From: a virus | Lineage: Duplodnaviria > Caudoviricetes | Reading direction: 5' to 3' (one strand) | IMG/VR virus record: IMGVR_UViG_3300044983_000166 | Span: 1-43,585 of that record | DNA length: 43,585 nucleotides | Shown here: one piece after another, positions 1 through 8,853 of the stretch | How the letters are laid out: each line of letters starts with the position of its first letter | How positions within the stretch are numbered: position 1 is the stretch's first letter | Translations under genes and position numbers: made by a program | The notes under the pieces: model-generated | Seen by the model: only the letters and a program-made list of their open reading frames with translations | The model's database searches: none | Told to the model about the DNA's origin: nothing

Positions 1-1
1 A

Positions 2-178
2 GAAGCCGAGGACTGCCGGCGAAAGACCTACACGCATCCGTTCTCGAGCGAGGACGACCAGTTTTTCCGCGAGCTCAAGTGGCTCGCCACTGACCTCGAA
101 AAGAAGCGCTTTCAGGAGATGAGCCGCCATGGAAGAGACAAGTTTGAAAACCCCGGACGCGATCGCACCGTTGGCTGA
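2..178 (+). CDS. 3' fragment of a CDS running in from the left edge (possibly the replication initiator C-terminus)
   Basis: Frame 2 is open from base 2 (EAEDCRRKTYTHPF...) to TGA 176-178 with coding-like codon use. Confidence 0.45.
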   Translation, partial: EAEDCRRKTYTHPFSSEDDQFFRELKWLATDLEKKRFQEMSRHGRDKFENPGRDRTVG

Positions 179-611
179 CGCGCTGGGCAGCGTGCGAGAG
201 CTCGCGGCGACGCTGGCTCGCAAGGAGGGCCTGTACGACGGCAAGGGCGGCATCCACTGCTGGAAGTGTCATCGTCCGGGCGCCACGCTGCCTACGCTTC
301 ACTGCGAGCCGTGCGCTGCTGTCGTTCGCCAGCAGCGCGTCAACGACGCGGAGATCGCGCGCCTAGAGCATCCAGAGACCAAACGCTGGCGGGCCATCTT
401 CGTGCAGATGAGCGAGAGTGACATCAGCCGCGAGTCGGCCGAGCGGTTCCAGGTCAACTGCGAGAAGCTTGATAGCGCGACCGACGAGCGCAAGGCGGAA
501 CTGCAGAGGCGTTTCGATGCGCGTTTCGCTCGGCGTCAGGCACCGGCTCGAGGCTGGAACGGACGCGGCTTCAAGGGCCAGAGCGACAAGAGCGAGGAGT
601 GGCACCCGTGA
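129..611 (+). CDS. Hypothetical protein with CxxC...CxxC zinc-binding motif
   Basis: 160 aa ORF containing CWKC...CEPC; its stop overlaps the next GTG. Confidence 0.65.
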   Translation: MEETSLKTPDAIAPLADALGSVRELAATLARKEGLYDGKGGIHCWKCHRPGATLPTLHCEPCAAVVRQQRVNDAEIARLEHPETKRWRAIFVQMSESDISRESAERFQVNCEKLDSATDERKAELQRRFDARFARRQAPARGWNGRGFKGQSDKSEEWHP

Positions 612-778
612 AGCGAAAGACACAGGCTCAGAAGCGCGCATCAGCACTCGAGCGGAAGTACCTGGACCGGGCGATCCTGCGGCTGACGCGGACATTCTAC
701 ACGGGCCGTGACACCATCGACGCCAGCGATCAGCGCGAGCTGCTGGGCCTCGTGCTCGCGCGCCGGAGGGTACCGTGA
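608..778 (+). CDS. Small hypothetical protein (56 aa)
   Basis: GTGA-coupled at both ends; MKRKTQAQKRASALERKYLDRAIL... Confidence 0.55.
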   Translation: MKRKTQAQKRASALERKYLDRAILRLTRTFYTGRDTIDASDQRELLGLVLARRRVP

Positions 779-945
779 GCGCCATCAAGCCGGCTCCCGT
801 GGTCTCGTTCCCGGCGACTGGGGTGCCTGAGACACGGGTCACGCTGTACCGTCGCACGCCAGAGCTCGGCGGGCCCAAGGTCGTCGTGCGGCGCGGCAAG
901 GGGCAGGCGACGCGCGTACGCATTCACCGCGGAGACTGGTCGTGA
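775..945 (+). CDS. Small hypothetical protein (56 aa)
   Basis: GTGA-coupled; MSAIKPAPVVSFP... Confidence 0.5.
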   Translation: MSAIKPAPVVSFPATGVPETRVTLYRRTPELGGPKVVVRRGKGQATRVRIHRGDWS

Positions 946-1106
946 TTCTGCGCCGTCAGCGCCTGAGCTTCTGGCTCTGGGTGATGGCGCAATGCGAGAG
1001 CGCCGGGCTGGATGAGTCCGCGGCGTACATGTTCGCGGTGCGGCGCGCGATGCGCTGCAACCGCTGGGGTTGGAAGTATAACGAGGAGACGTCATGCAAG
1101 AACTAG
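942..1106 (+). CDS. Small hypothetical protein (54 aa)
   Basis: GTGA-coupled; MILRRQRLSFWLWVMAQC... Confidence 0.45.
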   Translation: MILRRQRLSFWLWVMAQCESAGLDESAAYMFAVRRAMRCNRWGWKYNEETSCKN

Positions 1107-1783
1107 TTGAGCGACAGCTTACGAAGATCGAGATCAGGCAGCGCCAGGTGGACCACCTGAGATTGCTCACCGAGATCGACAACTACCAAAGCGAGATCGA
1201 GGAGCACCAGCGCTGCGCCAAGGACGCAAAGACCGAGATCGCGCGCCTCCAGACCCGAGAACGCGAGCTGCGCCGTGAACTCCGGAGCGGCACGGTGTGG
1301 GAGGCGCGTCAGGTCAAGCTTAAGTTCGTTGATGGCAGCACCGACGAGCCCGATGAGGACACCGACCCGCCTGGGCACCCGGACCAGGGCTACTCGCTGC
1401 CCGACGAGGAGCAGCAGGAGCACGACAAGCCGGCGCTGACGCTGGACGAGGAGTGTACCGCGTGGTTCATTGAGCGCTATCCGCTGGCCAACGACCACGA
1501 GAAGCTTCGGAGCGACCTGGCGGTGGTGCTGCAGAACTCGGGCGGAGCTCCGACGCGCGACAAGATGAGCGCCTGGACGGTGGGAGCACCCGTGTTCGAT
1601 GCCGTCGCGCACTGGGCGCGCATCGAGCTGGCGCACATGAATGCCTCGCAGTTCCCCAAGGAGCGCATCCCGGCGCGTCACCCCATGCCGGCTGCGCTGG
1701 CGCTGGCGCTGAAGCCCAAGGCCAAGCGCGCCCGGAGGCCGAAGCCTGAGGCCTCGTTCCACGGCAACGGGGCGGTGGACTGA
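1094..1783 (+). CDS. Hypothetical protein, N-terminal coiled coil
   Basis: 229 aa ORF with a GAGGAG RBS upstream and GC3-rich codons. Confidence 0.75.
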   Translation: MQELVERQLTKIEIRQRQVDHLRLLTEIDNYQSEIEEHQRCAKDAKTEIARLQTRERELRRELRSGTVWEARQVKLKFVDGSTDEPDEDTDPPGHPDQGYSLPDEEQQEHDKPALTLDEECTAWFIERYPLANDHEKLRSDLAVVLQNSGGAPTRDKMSAWTVGAPVFDAVAHWARIELAHMNASQFPKERIPARHPMPAALALALKPKAKRARRPKPEASFHGNGAVD

Positions 1784-1944
1784 TGGCATGGCAGCGGCTC
1801 CCGAAGGGCGCCCGACGGCTCTGCTGCCGCTGCCACGTGGTCAGCATCCTACGGCGCCACGGACGGCGCTTCTGCGGAGGGTGCAGCAAGAACACCCACA
1901 CCCGGCGGCGGTGGCTCAAAGCCGGGCGCCGGGAGCTCTACTGA
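1783..1944 (+). CDS. Small basic zinc-ribbon-like protein (53 aa)
   Basis: TGATG coupling; CCRC...CGGC. Confidence 0.5.
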   Translation: MAWQRLPKGARRLCCRCHVVSILRRHGRRFCGGCSKNTHTRRRWLKAGRRELY

Positions 1945-1974
1945 ACGCCTGTCTGAGAACCTGACACGCCGAGC

Positions 1975-2002
1975 TTGACGGTAAACACGGTGTGTTTATA
2001 AT
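1975..2002 (+). promoter_or_regulatory. Sigma70-type promoter with palindromic operator in the spacer
   Basis: TTGACG(1975-80)-N16-TATAAT(1997-2002); inverted repeat TAAACAC-GGT-GTGTTTA at 1982-1998. Confidence 0.8.
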
Positions 2003-2040
2003 GATGGGTGTAGAGGGAAACCCTCTGGGGAAAGGAAACC

Positions 2041-2436
2041 ATGAGCAACGCAATCCAGATCAATCGCGACACCCGCGAGCAGGCCTCCGATGAAGAGCAG
2101 TCCAACGAGATGCTCTGCCTGATTCTCCGGCACGCTCCGAAGTGGCCGGACCGCAGCGAGGGCGGCTGCTCCGGTCTGACTCCGGAGCAAATCGAGGAGC
2201 TAGGAATGGTTCCACCGGAGGCTCGCTACAACAACACCCTGCCCAACATCACCCGGGCAGAGTTCGAGCTCCAGGTCCAGCGCACCTGCCGCAAGTACGG
2301 CGTGGCAAAGCTCGCCGACTTCGATGCTACCTGCCGCTCGCTCGCGGTGGAGCTGTTCTGCCTGGGCAAGCCATGCAGCCTGCTGTCCATCTACCTGTCA
2401 TCGGCTTGCAATGTGCAGTTTGCAGGTGAGCCATGA
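2041..2436 (+). CDS. Hypothetical protein, first gene behind the strong promoter
   Basis: 131 aa ORF; AAAGGA RBS upstream. Confidence 0.75.
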   Translation: MSNAIQINRDTREQASDEEQSNEMLCLILRHAPKWPDRSEGGCSGLTPEQIEELGMVPPEARYNNTLPNITRAEFELQVQRTCRKYGVAKLADFDATCRSLAVELFCLGKPCSLLSIYLSSACNVQFAGEP

Positions 2437-2525
2437 AGGGCTTCGCAGTCGGATTCTTTCTGACCTTCTGCTGCCCGCTCTCGGGCGCTGCACTGGCCCT
2501 CTGGTGCCTGGGGTGCTTCCAATGA
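2433..2525 (+). CDS. 30-aa hydrophobic Cys-containing peptide
   Basis: ATGA-coupled at both ends; MKGFAVGFFLTFCCPLSGAALALWCLGCFQ. Confidence 0.5.
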   Translation: MKGFAVGFFLTFCCPLSGAALALWCLGCFQ

Positions 2526-2695
2526 GCCGCGACGAGAAGCCCACGACTCCGCCGCCGCCGAACGAGCAGGCGCGGCGAGACATCCTGGCGCGCGTCGACG
2601 ATCTGCGCGCCGAAGCCACCCGCATCCTGACGACGGCGGGCGACCTGATCCTGATTGCCGAGCGCCTGGCGCCGGCGGGAGCGATGAAGCCATGA
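2522..2695 (+). CDS. Small hypothetical protein
   Basis: MSRDEKPTT...; ATGA coupling on both sides. Confidence 0.6.
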   Translation: MSRDEKPTTPPPPNEQARRDILARVDDLRAEATRILTTAGDLILIAERLAPAGAMKP

Positions 2696-3039
2696 TCGAA
2701 GTCAGCATTAAGTGCCCATGCGGCACCAACGCCTACGTGGGCATCACCGGTGTCGGTGGATCCAACGCCTGGCGCTGCCACTGCCCTAACTGCCTCGACC
2801 CGAGCAGCGAGAGCGCGATCGCAAATCTGCAGGGATTAGGCGAATGCCCAGAAGACGCGATCGCTTCCTGGTGGTCGATTGTCGAGGAGGCTTGGGAGAT
2901 CGACTACCTGCCGGTCACGCTGTTAGCCGAGCTCAGCGAGCAGGTGGGCGACGAGCGCGACCGTCAGGAGGGCTGGGTGTTCAGCCCCGCTCCGAGGTTC
3001 GACAAGGGTGCTTGGTACGGTCCAGAGGTGGCGCCATGA
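2692..3039 (+). CDS. Zinc-ribbon hypothetical protein
   Basis: CPCG...CPNC; coupled start. Confidence 0.7.
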   Translation: MIEVSIKCPCGTNAYVGITGVGGSNAWRCHCPNCLDPSSESAIANLQGLGECPEDAIASWWSIVEEAWEIDYLPVTLLAELSEQVGDERDRQEGWVFSPAPRFDKGAWYGPEVAP

Positions 3040-3170
3040 AGCGCAAGAGCAACCCGCTCGATTCGCTGACGGTGAACCTCAGCGAGGACTGCATTTACTA
3101 CAAGGTGCATACGGATGACCCGGACGCCATGGTAAAAATGCTTCGCTACTACGCGAGGTGGGCGCCATGA
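3036..3170 (+). CDS. Small hypothetical protein
   Basis: MKRKSNPLDSL...; coupled start, GAGG RBS. Confidence 0.5.
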   Translation: MKRKSNPLDSLTVNLSEDCIYYKVHTDDPDAMVKMLRYYARWAP

Positions 3171-3388
3171 CCCGCCACTGCGGAAAGAATGCCATCAAGC
3201 CGCTGCTGAGCGAGCAGGCTGTGGCAGCGCTGGCCCCCGGTCGGCACTCGCTCACCATCTCGGAACTGGTGCTGCTGCTCAAGCTCGAGCTCATCAAGCC
3301 CACGGGCAGGACGGCGGACGGGCGCGTGACCTGCTACTCGCTCACCGGCAACGGGCGCATCCTGGCACAGACTGTGGGGGAACGATGA
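3167..3388 (+). CDS. Small winged-helix-like protein
   Basis: LLKLELIKPTG...YSLTGNGR resembles a wHTH wing (LT.xG motif). Confidence 0.55.
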   Translation: MTRHCGKNAIKPLLSEQAVAALAPGRHSLTISELVLLLKLELIKPTGRTADGRVTCYSLTGNGRILAQTVGER

Positions 3389-3849
3389 GCGGCGCTTTCC
3401 ACACCGCTCGCTTCGTTAACCAGAACCCGTGCCCTGGTCCTGACCACGGCGTAACCCCGTGCTCCAAAGGGAACATCATTGGAGACCGCGGAAAGTTCGC
3501 CGAGCGCTGCGGGGAGTGCTTCGAAATTCGGCGACGCAGAGCGGCGAGCGTGTCACAGAGTCAGCGCAACAAGCGCCTGACCGGTGCCAACAAGACCAAA
3601 CGCGACGGCAAGCGCAAGGCTATGTGCGGCGAGCCGCCGCGCAACCCCGTAAAGCGCTGCCGGGTCTGTCTTGGAACTCCACACCTGTGCGAGCCTGGGC
3701 GAGAGGACGAGTACGGGCGGTCCATCTGCAAGCCAGGCACCAGCGAGTGCCGCGAGTGCGGGCTGCAGTACATCCCGCTGCCGCCGGTGCACGCGAGCTC
3801 CACCATTGGGTCCAGCGCCTGGACCGCTGTGAAGGCGTCAACATGGTGA
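3385..3849 (+). CDS. Cys-rich basic hypothetical protein
   Basis: Several CxxC pairs (CGEC, CRVC, CREC). Confidence 0.65.
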   Translation: MSGAFHTARFVNQNPCPGPDHGVTPCSKGNIIGDRGKFAERCGECFEIRRRRAASVSQSQRNKRLTGANKTKRDGKRKAMCGEPPRNPVKRCRVCLGTPHLCEPGREDEYGRSICKPGTSECRECGLQYIPLPPVHASSTIGSSAWTAVKASTW

Positions 3850-4124
3850 CGCGACTCCCGTTCACGCGCTGGGAACGCGACCGTCTGGGAAAGCTGGTGC
3901 TGCGCCAGCGAACGTACCGCGTGGTGGGACGACCCTACGCGCTCGAGTGCGGGCTGGCGCTGCGCGCAGCAGCAGCCGACGCGCTGGCGGCTGCACTGCT
4001 GCTCGCCGTCGCATTCGTTATCGTCGTCAAGTCGTTGGGCTGCGCCTCTGCGGACGGCACTGACTCTCCCCCCGAGTCATCGTCGCCGGAGGCGCAGCCC
4101 GTTTCTTTCATCGAGGAGGAGTAG
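3843..4124 (+). CDS. Hypothetical membrane protein
   Basis: Hydrophobic stretch ALAAALLLAVAFVIVV; overlaps the upstream stop. Confidence 0.55.
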   Translation: MVTRLPFTRWERDRLGKLVLRQRTYRVVGRPYALECGLALRAAAADALAAALLLAVAFVIVVKSLGCASADGTDSPPESSSPEAQPVSFIEEE

Positions 4125-4128
4125 GAAC

Positions 4129-5637
4129 ATGGCTGCAGAACAAGTTTCAGGAGATGGATACCGTTCGATCGCGCTCGTTGACCTGTCGTACCTGTTCAAA
4201 AAGAACTGGATGGGAGCCCCGCGCGACGCAGCTCCAGGCTTCGCTGCGCAGTTGACGCTGGACCAGCTTGCTGGCGTGCGTGAGAGCGTGGAACACGTCA
4301 TCGTGTGCTGTGACTGGCCACCCTACCGACGCCAGGCGATCGATCCGGAGTACAAGGCGCAGCGCGAGCGCCCGGCGGACGAGGAGCTTGCACAGAAACG
4401 CTGGCTCATCGAGCGCATCGAGAAGGACGGATACCGCATCGCCAAGGCCAAGGGCTACGAGGCGGACGACGTCATTGCGACGCTCTGCTTGGCCTACGGA
4501 TTCTGGTGTCCGGACGTGCGTATCATCGGCTCTGACAAGGACGCAGCGCAGTGCGTGACCGAGTCGGTTCGCATGTACGTTCCTTCGGTCGGTCAGCGTC
4601 CCGCCGAGGTGCGCGGACCCAAGGAGATCAAAGCGAAGTACGGTGTCGAGCCGAAGGACATGGGGCTCTGGCTCGCGCTCGTGGGCGACACGAGCGACAA
4701 CATCAAGGGCGTGCCCGGCATCGGACCCAAGAAGGCCACGCAGCTCATCCAGGAGTGCGGCAACCTGACCGGCATCGCCGAGGCGCTGGCCACCTCTGGC
4801 GACGGCGCCAAGCCATCGGCAATGTGGACCTCGCTGGCCACGAATTGGGAGCAGCTGGTGGCAGCGCTCAAACTGACGGCGCTGGACACGGCGACGCCGG
4901 TGGATGCGAACGAACTACTTCAGAAACGAGAGCCTGTTCGGCTCGTGGAGGACGACATGTCGGACGCAGCAGACACAGACGCGGACGGAGTCACAGAAGC
5001 GGAGTTCGATCCAATCTCGCGCGCTCCGTCCCAGGCGCCCGCTGCCGCGCAGAACGAGACCGCTCAGCAGTCAGCGCGCGCCAAGAGCGATCCGCCGCCC
5101 AAGCAGGCAGCGGCGGCGCCAGCGACCACGGCGCTGGCCAAGACGAGCGCAGTCACGGAGGACATGCAGCCGCTGGATATCGACTCAGGGTGGAGACTCG
5201 CCAGGATGTTCGCCAACGGACGTCTCTACGGCAAGTTCACCAACCCGGAAGCCATCTTCACCATCATCGTTAAGGCGCGCGAGCTCGGCCTGAAGATGAC
5301 GACTGCGCTGGACGGGTTCCACATCATCGAGGGCAAGCCCAGCGCGAGCGCTGACATGATTCGCTCGCTCTCCGAGCGGCACCCGGACTGCGAATACTTC
5401 CAGCTCATCGAGAGCACGGCGGAGACCGCCACGTGGGAGACCAAGCACCGACGGCACCCGCTGCCGACGCGCTACACGTACACGATCGCTGAGGCGAAGC
5501 AGGCTGGACTGAACAGCGGCAACTGGGTCAAGCGACCTCGGGACATGCTCTGCAAGACGGCCGGCTCCAAGCTGGCTCGCCTGGTGTACCCGGGCGCAGT
5601 GTGCGGGCTCTACTGCCCCGAGGAGATGGATCAGTGA
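4129..5637 (+). CDS. 5'-3' exonuclease (FEN/PolI-type, H3TH) fused to a RecT/Red-beta-like single-strand annealing domain
   Basis: N-terminus: LVDLSYL, CCD, EYKAQR, GYEADDVIATL, GSDKD, LVGDTSDNIKGVPGIGPKKA. Acidic/Ala-Pro linker. C-terminus: ARELGLKMTTALDGFHIIEGKPS...TIAEAKQAGL..NWVKRPRDML...ARLVYP..GLYCPEEM. Confidence 0.85.
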   Translation: MAAEQVSGDGYRSIALVDLSYLFKKNWMGAPRDAAPGFAAQLTLDQLAGVRESVEHVIVCCDWPPYRRQAIDPEYKAQRERPADEELAQKRWLIERIEKDGYRIAKAKGYEADDVIATLCLAYGFWCPDVRIIGSDKDAAQCVTESVRMYVPSVGQRPAEVRGPKEIKAKYGVEPKDMGLWLALVGDTSDNIKGVPGIGPKKATQLIQECGNLTGIAEALATSGDGAKPSAMWTSLATNWEQLVAALKLTALDTATPVDANELLQKREPVRLVEDDMSDAADTDADGVTEAEFDPISRAPSQAPAAAQNETAQQSARAKSDPPPKQAAAAPATTALAKTSAVTEDMQPLDIDSGWRLARMFANGRLYGKFTNPEAIFTIIVKARELGLKMTTALDGFHIIEGKPSASADMIRSLSERHPDCEYFQLIESTAETATWETKHRRHPLPTRYTYTIAEAKQAGLNSGNWVKRPRDMLCKTAGSKLARLVYPGAVCGLYCPEEMDQ

Positions 5638-5858
5638 GCGCCATCGGACCGAGTCTGGCTGAGGAAGTAGAGAAGCTCAGCCGAGACAGAAAAGAGTGCG
5701 AGAAGTACGCGGGCAAAATGGAGATTGCCCTAGAGCACATCCGTCTCATCTGCCGGCTTGCTCGGCACGCCAATCCTGACAAGCAGGACCTGTTCGAACT
5801 GCTCGACGTCATCGAGGAACACGCCAAGGTGCGCGACCAACGAGGTGTCTTCTTATGA
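5634..5858 (+). CDS. Hypothetical protein
   Basis: GTGA-coupled to the exonuclease gene. Confidence 0.6.
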   Translation: MSAIGPSLAEEVEKLSRDRKECEKYAGKMEIALEHIRLICRLARHANPDKQDLFELLDVIEEHAKVRDQRGVFL

Positions 5859-6076
5859 GCCTCCAATCCGTCACGCTCCAGCTCGAGTGGCCCGCGCTCG
5901 AATGCCTGGAGCTGGAGACCATCGCCGCGGGCGAGCTCGTGCTGCGCGCCTACGAGCTGCGCAACAGGATTCGCAAGCTCAATGTGAGCAAGGCGTGCCT
6001 GGACGCGGCAGACGCGCTGCTCTGGAAGCGCATCACGGCGCTGTGCGAGGTTCAGTGCTGGGAGGTGGTGGCATGA
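5855..6076 (+). CDS. Hypothetical protein
   Basis: ATGA-coupled 73 aa ORF. Confidence 0.6.
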   Translation: MSLQSVTLQLEWPALECLELETIAAGELVLRAYELRNRIRKLNVSKACLDAADALLWKRITALCEVQCWEVVA

Positions 6077-6726
6077 CGGAAGAACTTACGGCGGAAGAGC
6101 GGGCTCTGCTAGAGCACGCGGCGAGCGTCCGCAGTTGCAGACTAAACGGCAGGGTTTTTGCCCGTTGGATGCGCTGTCTCGACGCCGCGCTGGCCAGTGC
6201 TGAGCAGCTGCGCGCCGGCCATTACGAGTGCCGAGAGGAGTTGGCAGCCGCGCTGGCCCGGGCGGAGGCGGCCGACGCAGAGGCAAAGCGCAGTGCGCTA
6301 GCCAACCTTAAGACGCATCAGGACTGGACAGTTGCGCACAACGGCAAGTTGGCCGCCGAGTCCGCGCTGGCAGAAGCGACCGCGCTGCTGGCCCGAGTGC
6401 ATCAGTTCGGCGTGCCGCACCCGGCCATCCGAAAGGACATTGGAGCCTTCCTCTCCCGCACCCCAGCGCCAGCAGCGAAGGCGGAGACTGAGTGCTGCGA
6501 CGGTCATGCCCAGTCGGGAGCTCATCAGCCAGGCTGCCCACGTACGGTCGAACAAGACTCCGGCAAGGTGCGTCGTGTGGACCTGACAGAGCCCACCCTG
6601 ATCGAGCGCATCGAGGCGGAGTGCAATGATTGGGAGGCGCATGCGTTCGGCAACGGCGCACAGAGCCGCTTGGCGATGATTCGCATCCGGGACCTCATCC
6701 GCGCCAGCAAGGCAGGTGGGGCGTGA
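6073..6726 (+). CDS. Hypothetical protein
   Basis: Start MTEELTAEER with GGAGG RBS, coupled. Confidence 0.65.
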   Translation: MTEELTAEERALLEHAASVRSCRLNGRVFARWMRCLDAALASAEQLRAGHYECREELAAALARAEAADAEAKRSALANLKTHQDWTVAHNGKLAAESALAEATALLARVHQFGVPHPAIRKDIGAFLSRTPAPAAKAETECCDGHAQSGAHQPGCPRTVEQDSGKVRRVDLTEPTLIERIEAECNDWEAHAFGNGAQSRLAMIRIRDLIRASKAGGA

Positions 6727-7043
6727 GCGGCAAGCAATGCGACGAGTGCGGATGCTCGCACGGGCCAGGCAACACGAACAGCATGTGCCCGCTCGCTTCC
6801 AACTACCGGCCCAGTGTCGATCGCCTCCAAGCCCGCGTGGCCGAGCTGGAGGCGGACCAGAAGCGGCACCTGGAATCGATAGCCGGCGAAGCGCGTTGCC
6901 TCGGTCAGCTGCGCACGGACCTAGACACGGAGCGGTCCCGCATCGCCCGAGCCGTGGCGGAGCTGGAGCTGCACGCGGGAGAGGGCGCCGACCCGAGCGA
7001 GTGCATCGATCGGGGTTTGGCCATCCTGAAAGGCCAACCATGA
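6723..7043 (+). CDS. Hypothetical protein (Cys/His N-terminus, coiled coil)
   Basis: GTGA-coupled. Confidence 0.55.
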   Translation: MSGKQCDECGCSHGPGNTNSMCPLASNYRPSVDRLQARVAELEADQKRHLESIAGEARCLGQLRTDLDTERSRIARAVAELELHAGEGADPSECIDRGLAILKGQP

Positions 7044-7585
7044 CCCAACGCAAAGCCTCTCCCGAGACCATGGCCCGATTGTGTGAGGCGGTGCGCCTGT
7101 GGCTTCACTGTCAGCCCAGCATCGTTCCCAGTGACGCTACACGAGATGCCCTCTCCGCCTACCGCGCCGAGACCACGCCGCCACTCCGGAGCAGGGCCGA
7201 GGTGGATGCGGAGATCGTGACGTGCATCCGAATGGCCTATGGCAGCGGCGTCATCACGGTCCGGAACCCAGGTGGCGACATGAGCAAGTACGTGGAGGAG
7301 CTCTGCGCCGAGCCCACCGCCCCCGAGCCCGCGCCGGAAGGGGATCGCAACAACGGATGCCCGGACCCAGGGAGCACGGTAGAGCCAGGATGGCCGCGCT
7401 TCGTGCACAACTTTGCCAAGCGCTACAAGCCAGCGAAGGACCCGACGGTAGAGCGCGCGCTGGACTGCGACCTGCCCGACCCGGAGCCGTGTGGATGCGA
7501 GGAGACCGAGGCGCTGCGAAAGGTGCTCTCTGAGGCCTATCGCCGAGCGCTCAGCATTGAGGAACTGCTGAGGACAATCCCGTGA
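7040..7585 (+). CDS. Hypothetical protein
   Basis: ATGA-coupled; MTQRKASPET... Confidence 0.6.
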   Translation: MTQRKASPETMARLCEAVRLWLHCQPSIVPSDATRDALSAYRAETTPPLRSRAEVDAEIVTCIRMAYGSGVITVRNPGGDMSKYVEELCAEPTAPEPAPEGDRNNGCPDPGSTVEPGWPRFVHNFAKRYKPAKDPTVERALDCDLPDPEPCGCEETEALRKVLSEAYRRALSIEELLRTIP

Positions 7586-7935
7586 TCTACCCCATCACAC
7601 CCGTTCCGAAGCCGCGCATGACCCAGCGCGACAAGTGGGCCAAGCGCCCCTGCGTGCTTCGATACCGCGCCTTCAAGGACAAGGTCAGGCTCTACCGCGT
7701 CGCGCTCCCTCAGCCCTGCCGGGTCGTCTTCAGGATGGAGATGCCCAAGAGTTGGGACGAGCCAATGCGGCGCGTGCTCGATGGCCAGCCGCACCGGTGC
7801 AAGCCGGACCTGGACAACCTGGTGAAGGCGCTGGGCGACGCGGTGCACAGCGAGGACAGCCACCTGTGGAACATCCGGGCGGAGAAGCGCTGGGCGCGCG
7901 TTGCCAGCATCGAGGTGACGCCGTGCGCAACCTGA
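7582..7935 (+). CDS. rusA: RusA-family Holliday junction resolvase
   Basis: PVPKPRMT..., MPKSW, KPDLDNLVKALGDA..EDS, AEKRW. Confidence 0.88.
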   Translation: MIYPITPVPKPRMTQRDKWAKRPCVLRYRAFKDKVRLYRVALPQPCRVVFRMEMPKSWDEPMRRVLDGQPHRCKPDLDNLVKALGDAVHSEDSHLWNIRAEKRWARVASIEVTPCAT

Positions 7936-8138
7936 GCCCGGCGGAGTACTGCCCCGAGACCAGCAAGGAGTCGTTCAGCAGCGCGGGCGACGCTCGGCGC
8001 GTGCTGGGCGCCAGGAAAGCCGTGGGCAGGATGCACGGGTCCTCTCGCGGGCGCTCGCGCGACAAGGCTGAGGTGTACCAGTGCCCACACTGCGGCCTGT
8101 GGCATCTGGGTCGCCGGTCGTCTTGGGTAAGGCAATGA
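7923..8138 (+). CDS. Small zinc-finger protein
   Basis: C..K..F...A...YQCPHCGLWHL, a motif common in phage small proteins. Confidence 0.6.
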   Translation: MRNLSPAEYCPETSKESFSSAGDARRVLGARKAVGRMHGSSRGRSRDKAEVYQCPHCGLWHLGRRSSWVRQ

Positions 8139-8761
8139 CCAAGCCGACCGATAAGCCGAAAGGCAAAGCCTCGGGACGACTCGGGATGACGAGCCCCGTC
8201 ACGCCGACCAGCTACGCCGGAAAAGCGCAGGGCCAAGGGCTCGCTGTAGATGGCAACGGGCGCCCAACGAACCTGACGCCGGAGCTCCAGGACGCCATCA
8301 TCGCCGACATGCTGCTGCACGGCGACTGGCCATCGATGACGGCGTATCGCTGCGGAATCTCGCCGGTCACGGTGGAGTCCTGGCTAGTGCGCGGAGCCGA
8401 CCCGTACGCTGTGGAGCCCTATAGGGGCTTCGTGGCTGCGTTCGTGAGCGCCGAGGCACAGATTCACGGCCAGCTGCTCCAGGTCATCGTGGACGAGGCT
8501 CTGGGGCGCGGCAATCCACCAGCTCAGGGGCAGCGCGCCAAGAGCGCAGCCTGGGCAGCGTGGCTCCTTCAGCACCGTTGGGGTTACCTGTGGCGGCTCA
8601 ACAAGGATACCGGGCGTTCCAACGGCACGACCGTGGCTGAGGTGGTAGACCAGACTCTCGCCAAGTTCAGCGAGGACCGGCGCGGCAAGGCCAAGGCCAT
8701 CATCGCGCAGCTGAGTCAGGAAGCGCGAGCGAGCGCACGCAAGGAGGGATTCCTGCTGTGA
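8135..8761 (+). CDS. HTH protein, probable terminase small subunit
   Basis: GRPTNLTPELQDAI...AYRCGISPVTVESWLVRG HTH; AAWLLQHRW motif typical of TerS-like proteins. Confidence 0.6.
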   Translation: MTKPTDKPKGKASGRLGMTSPVTPTSYAGKAQGQGLAVDGNGRPTNLTPELQDAIIADMLLHGDWPSMTAYRCGISPVTVESWLVRGADPYAVEPYRGFVAAFVSAEAQIHGQLLQVIVDEALGRGNPPAQGQRAKSAAWAAWLLQHRWGYLWRLNKDTGRSNGTTVAEVVDQTLAKFSEDRRGKAKAIIAQLSQEARASARKEGFLL

Positions 8762-8853
8762 GACTCGGAGGTGAACACCACCGCGGTTTCGGCGATGCCG
8801 CTCTCGGTCGTTCCCTCCCTCAGCTTCTGCCCCGGCTCGGGAGATGGCAAGCC

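Noticed and set aside
4129-5637. DNA polymerase I
   Set aside because: Only the 5' nuclease domain is present; there are no 3'-5' exonuclease or polymerase motifs.
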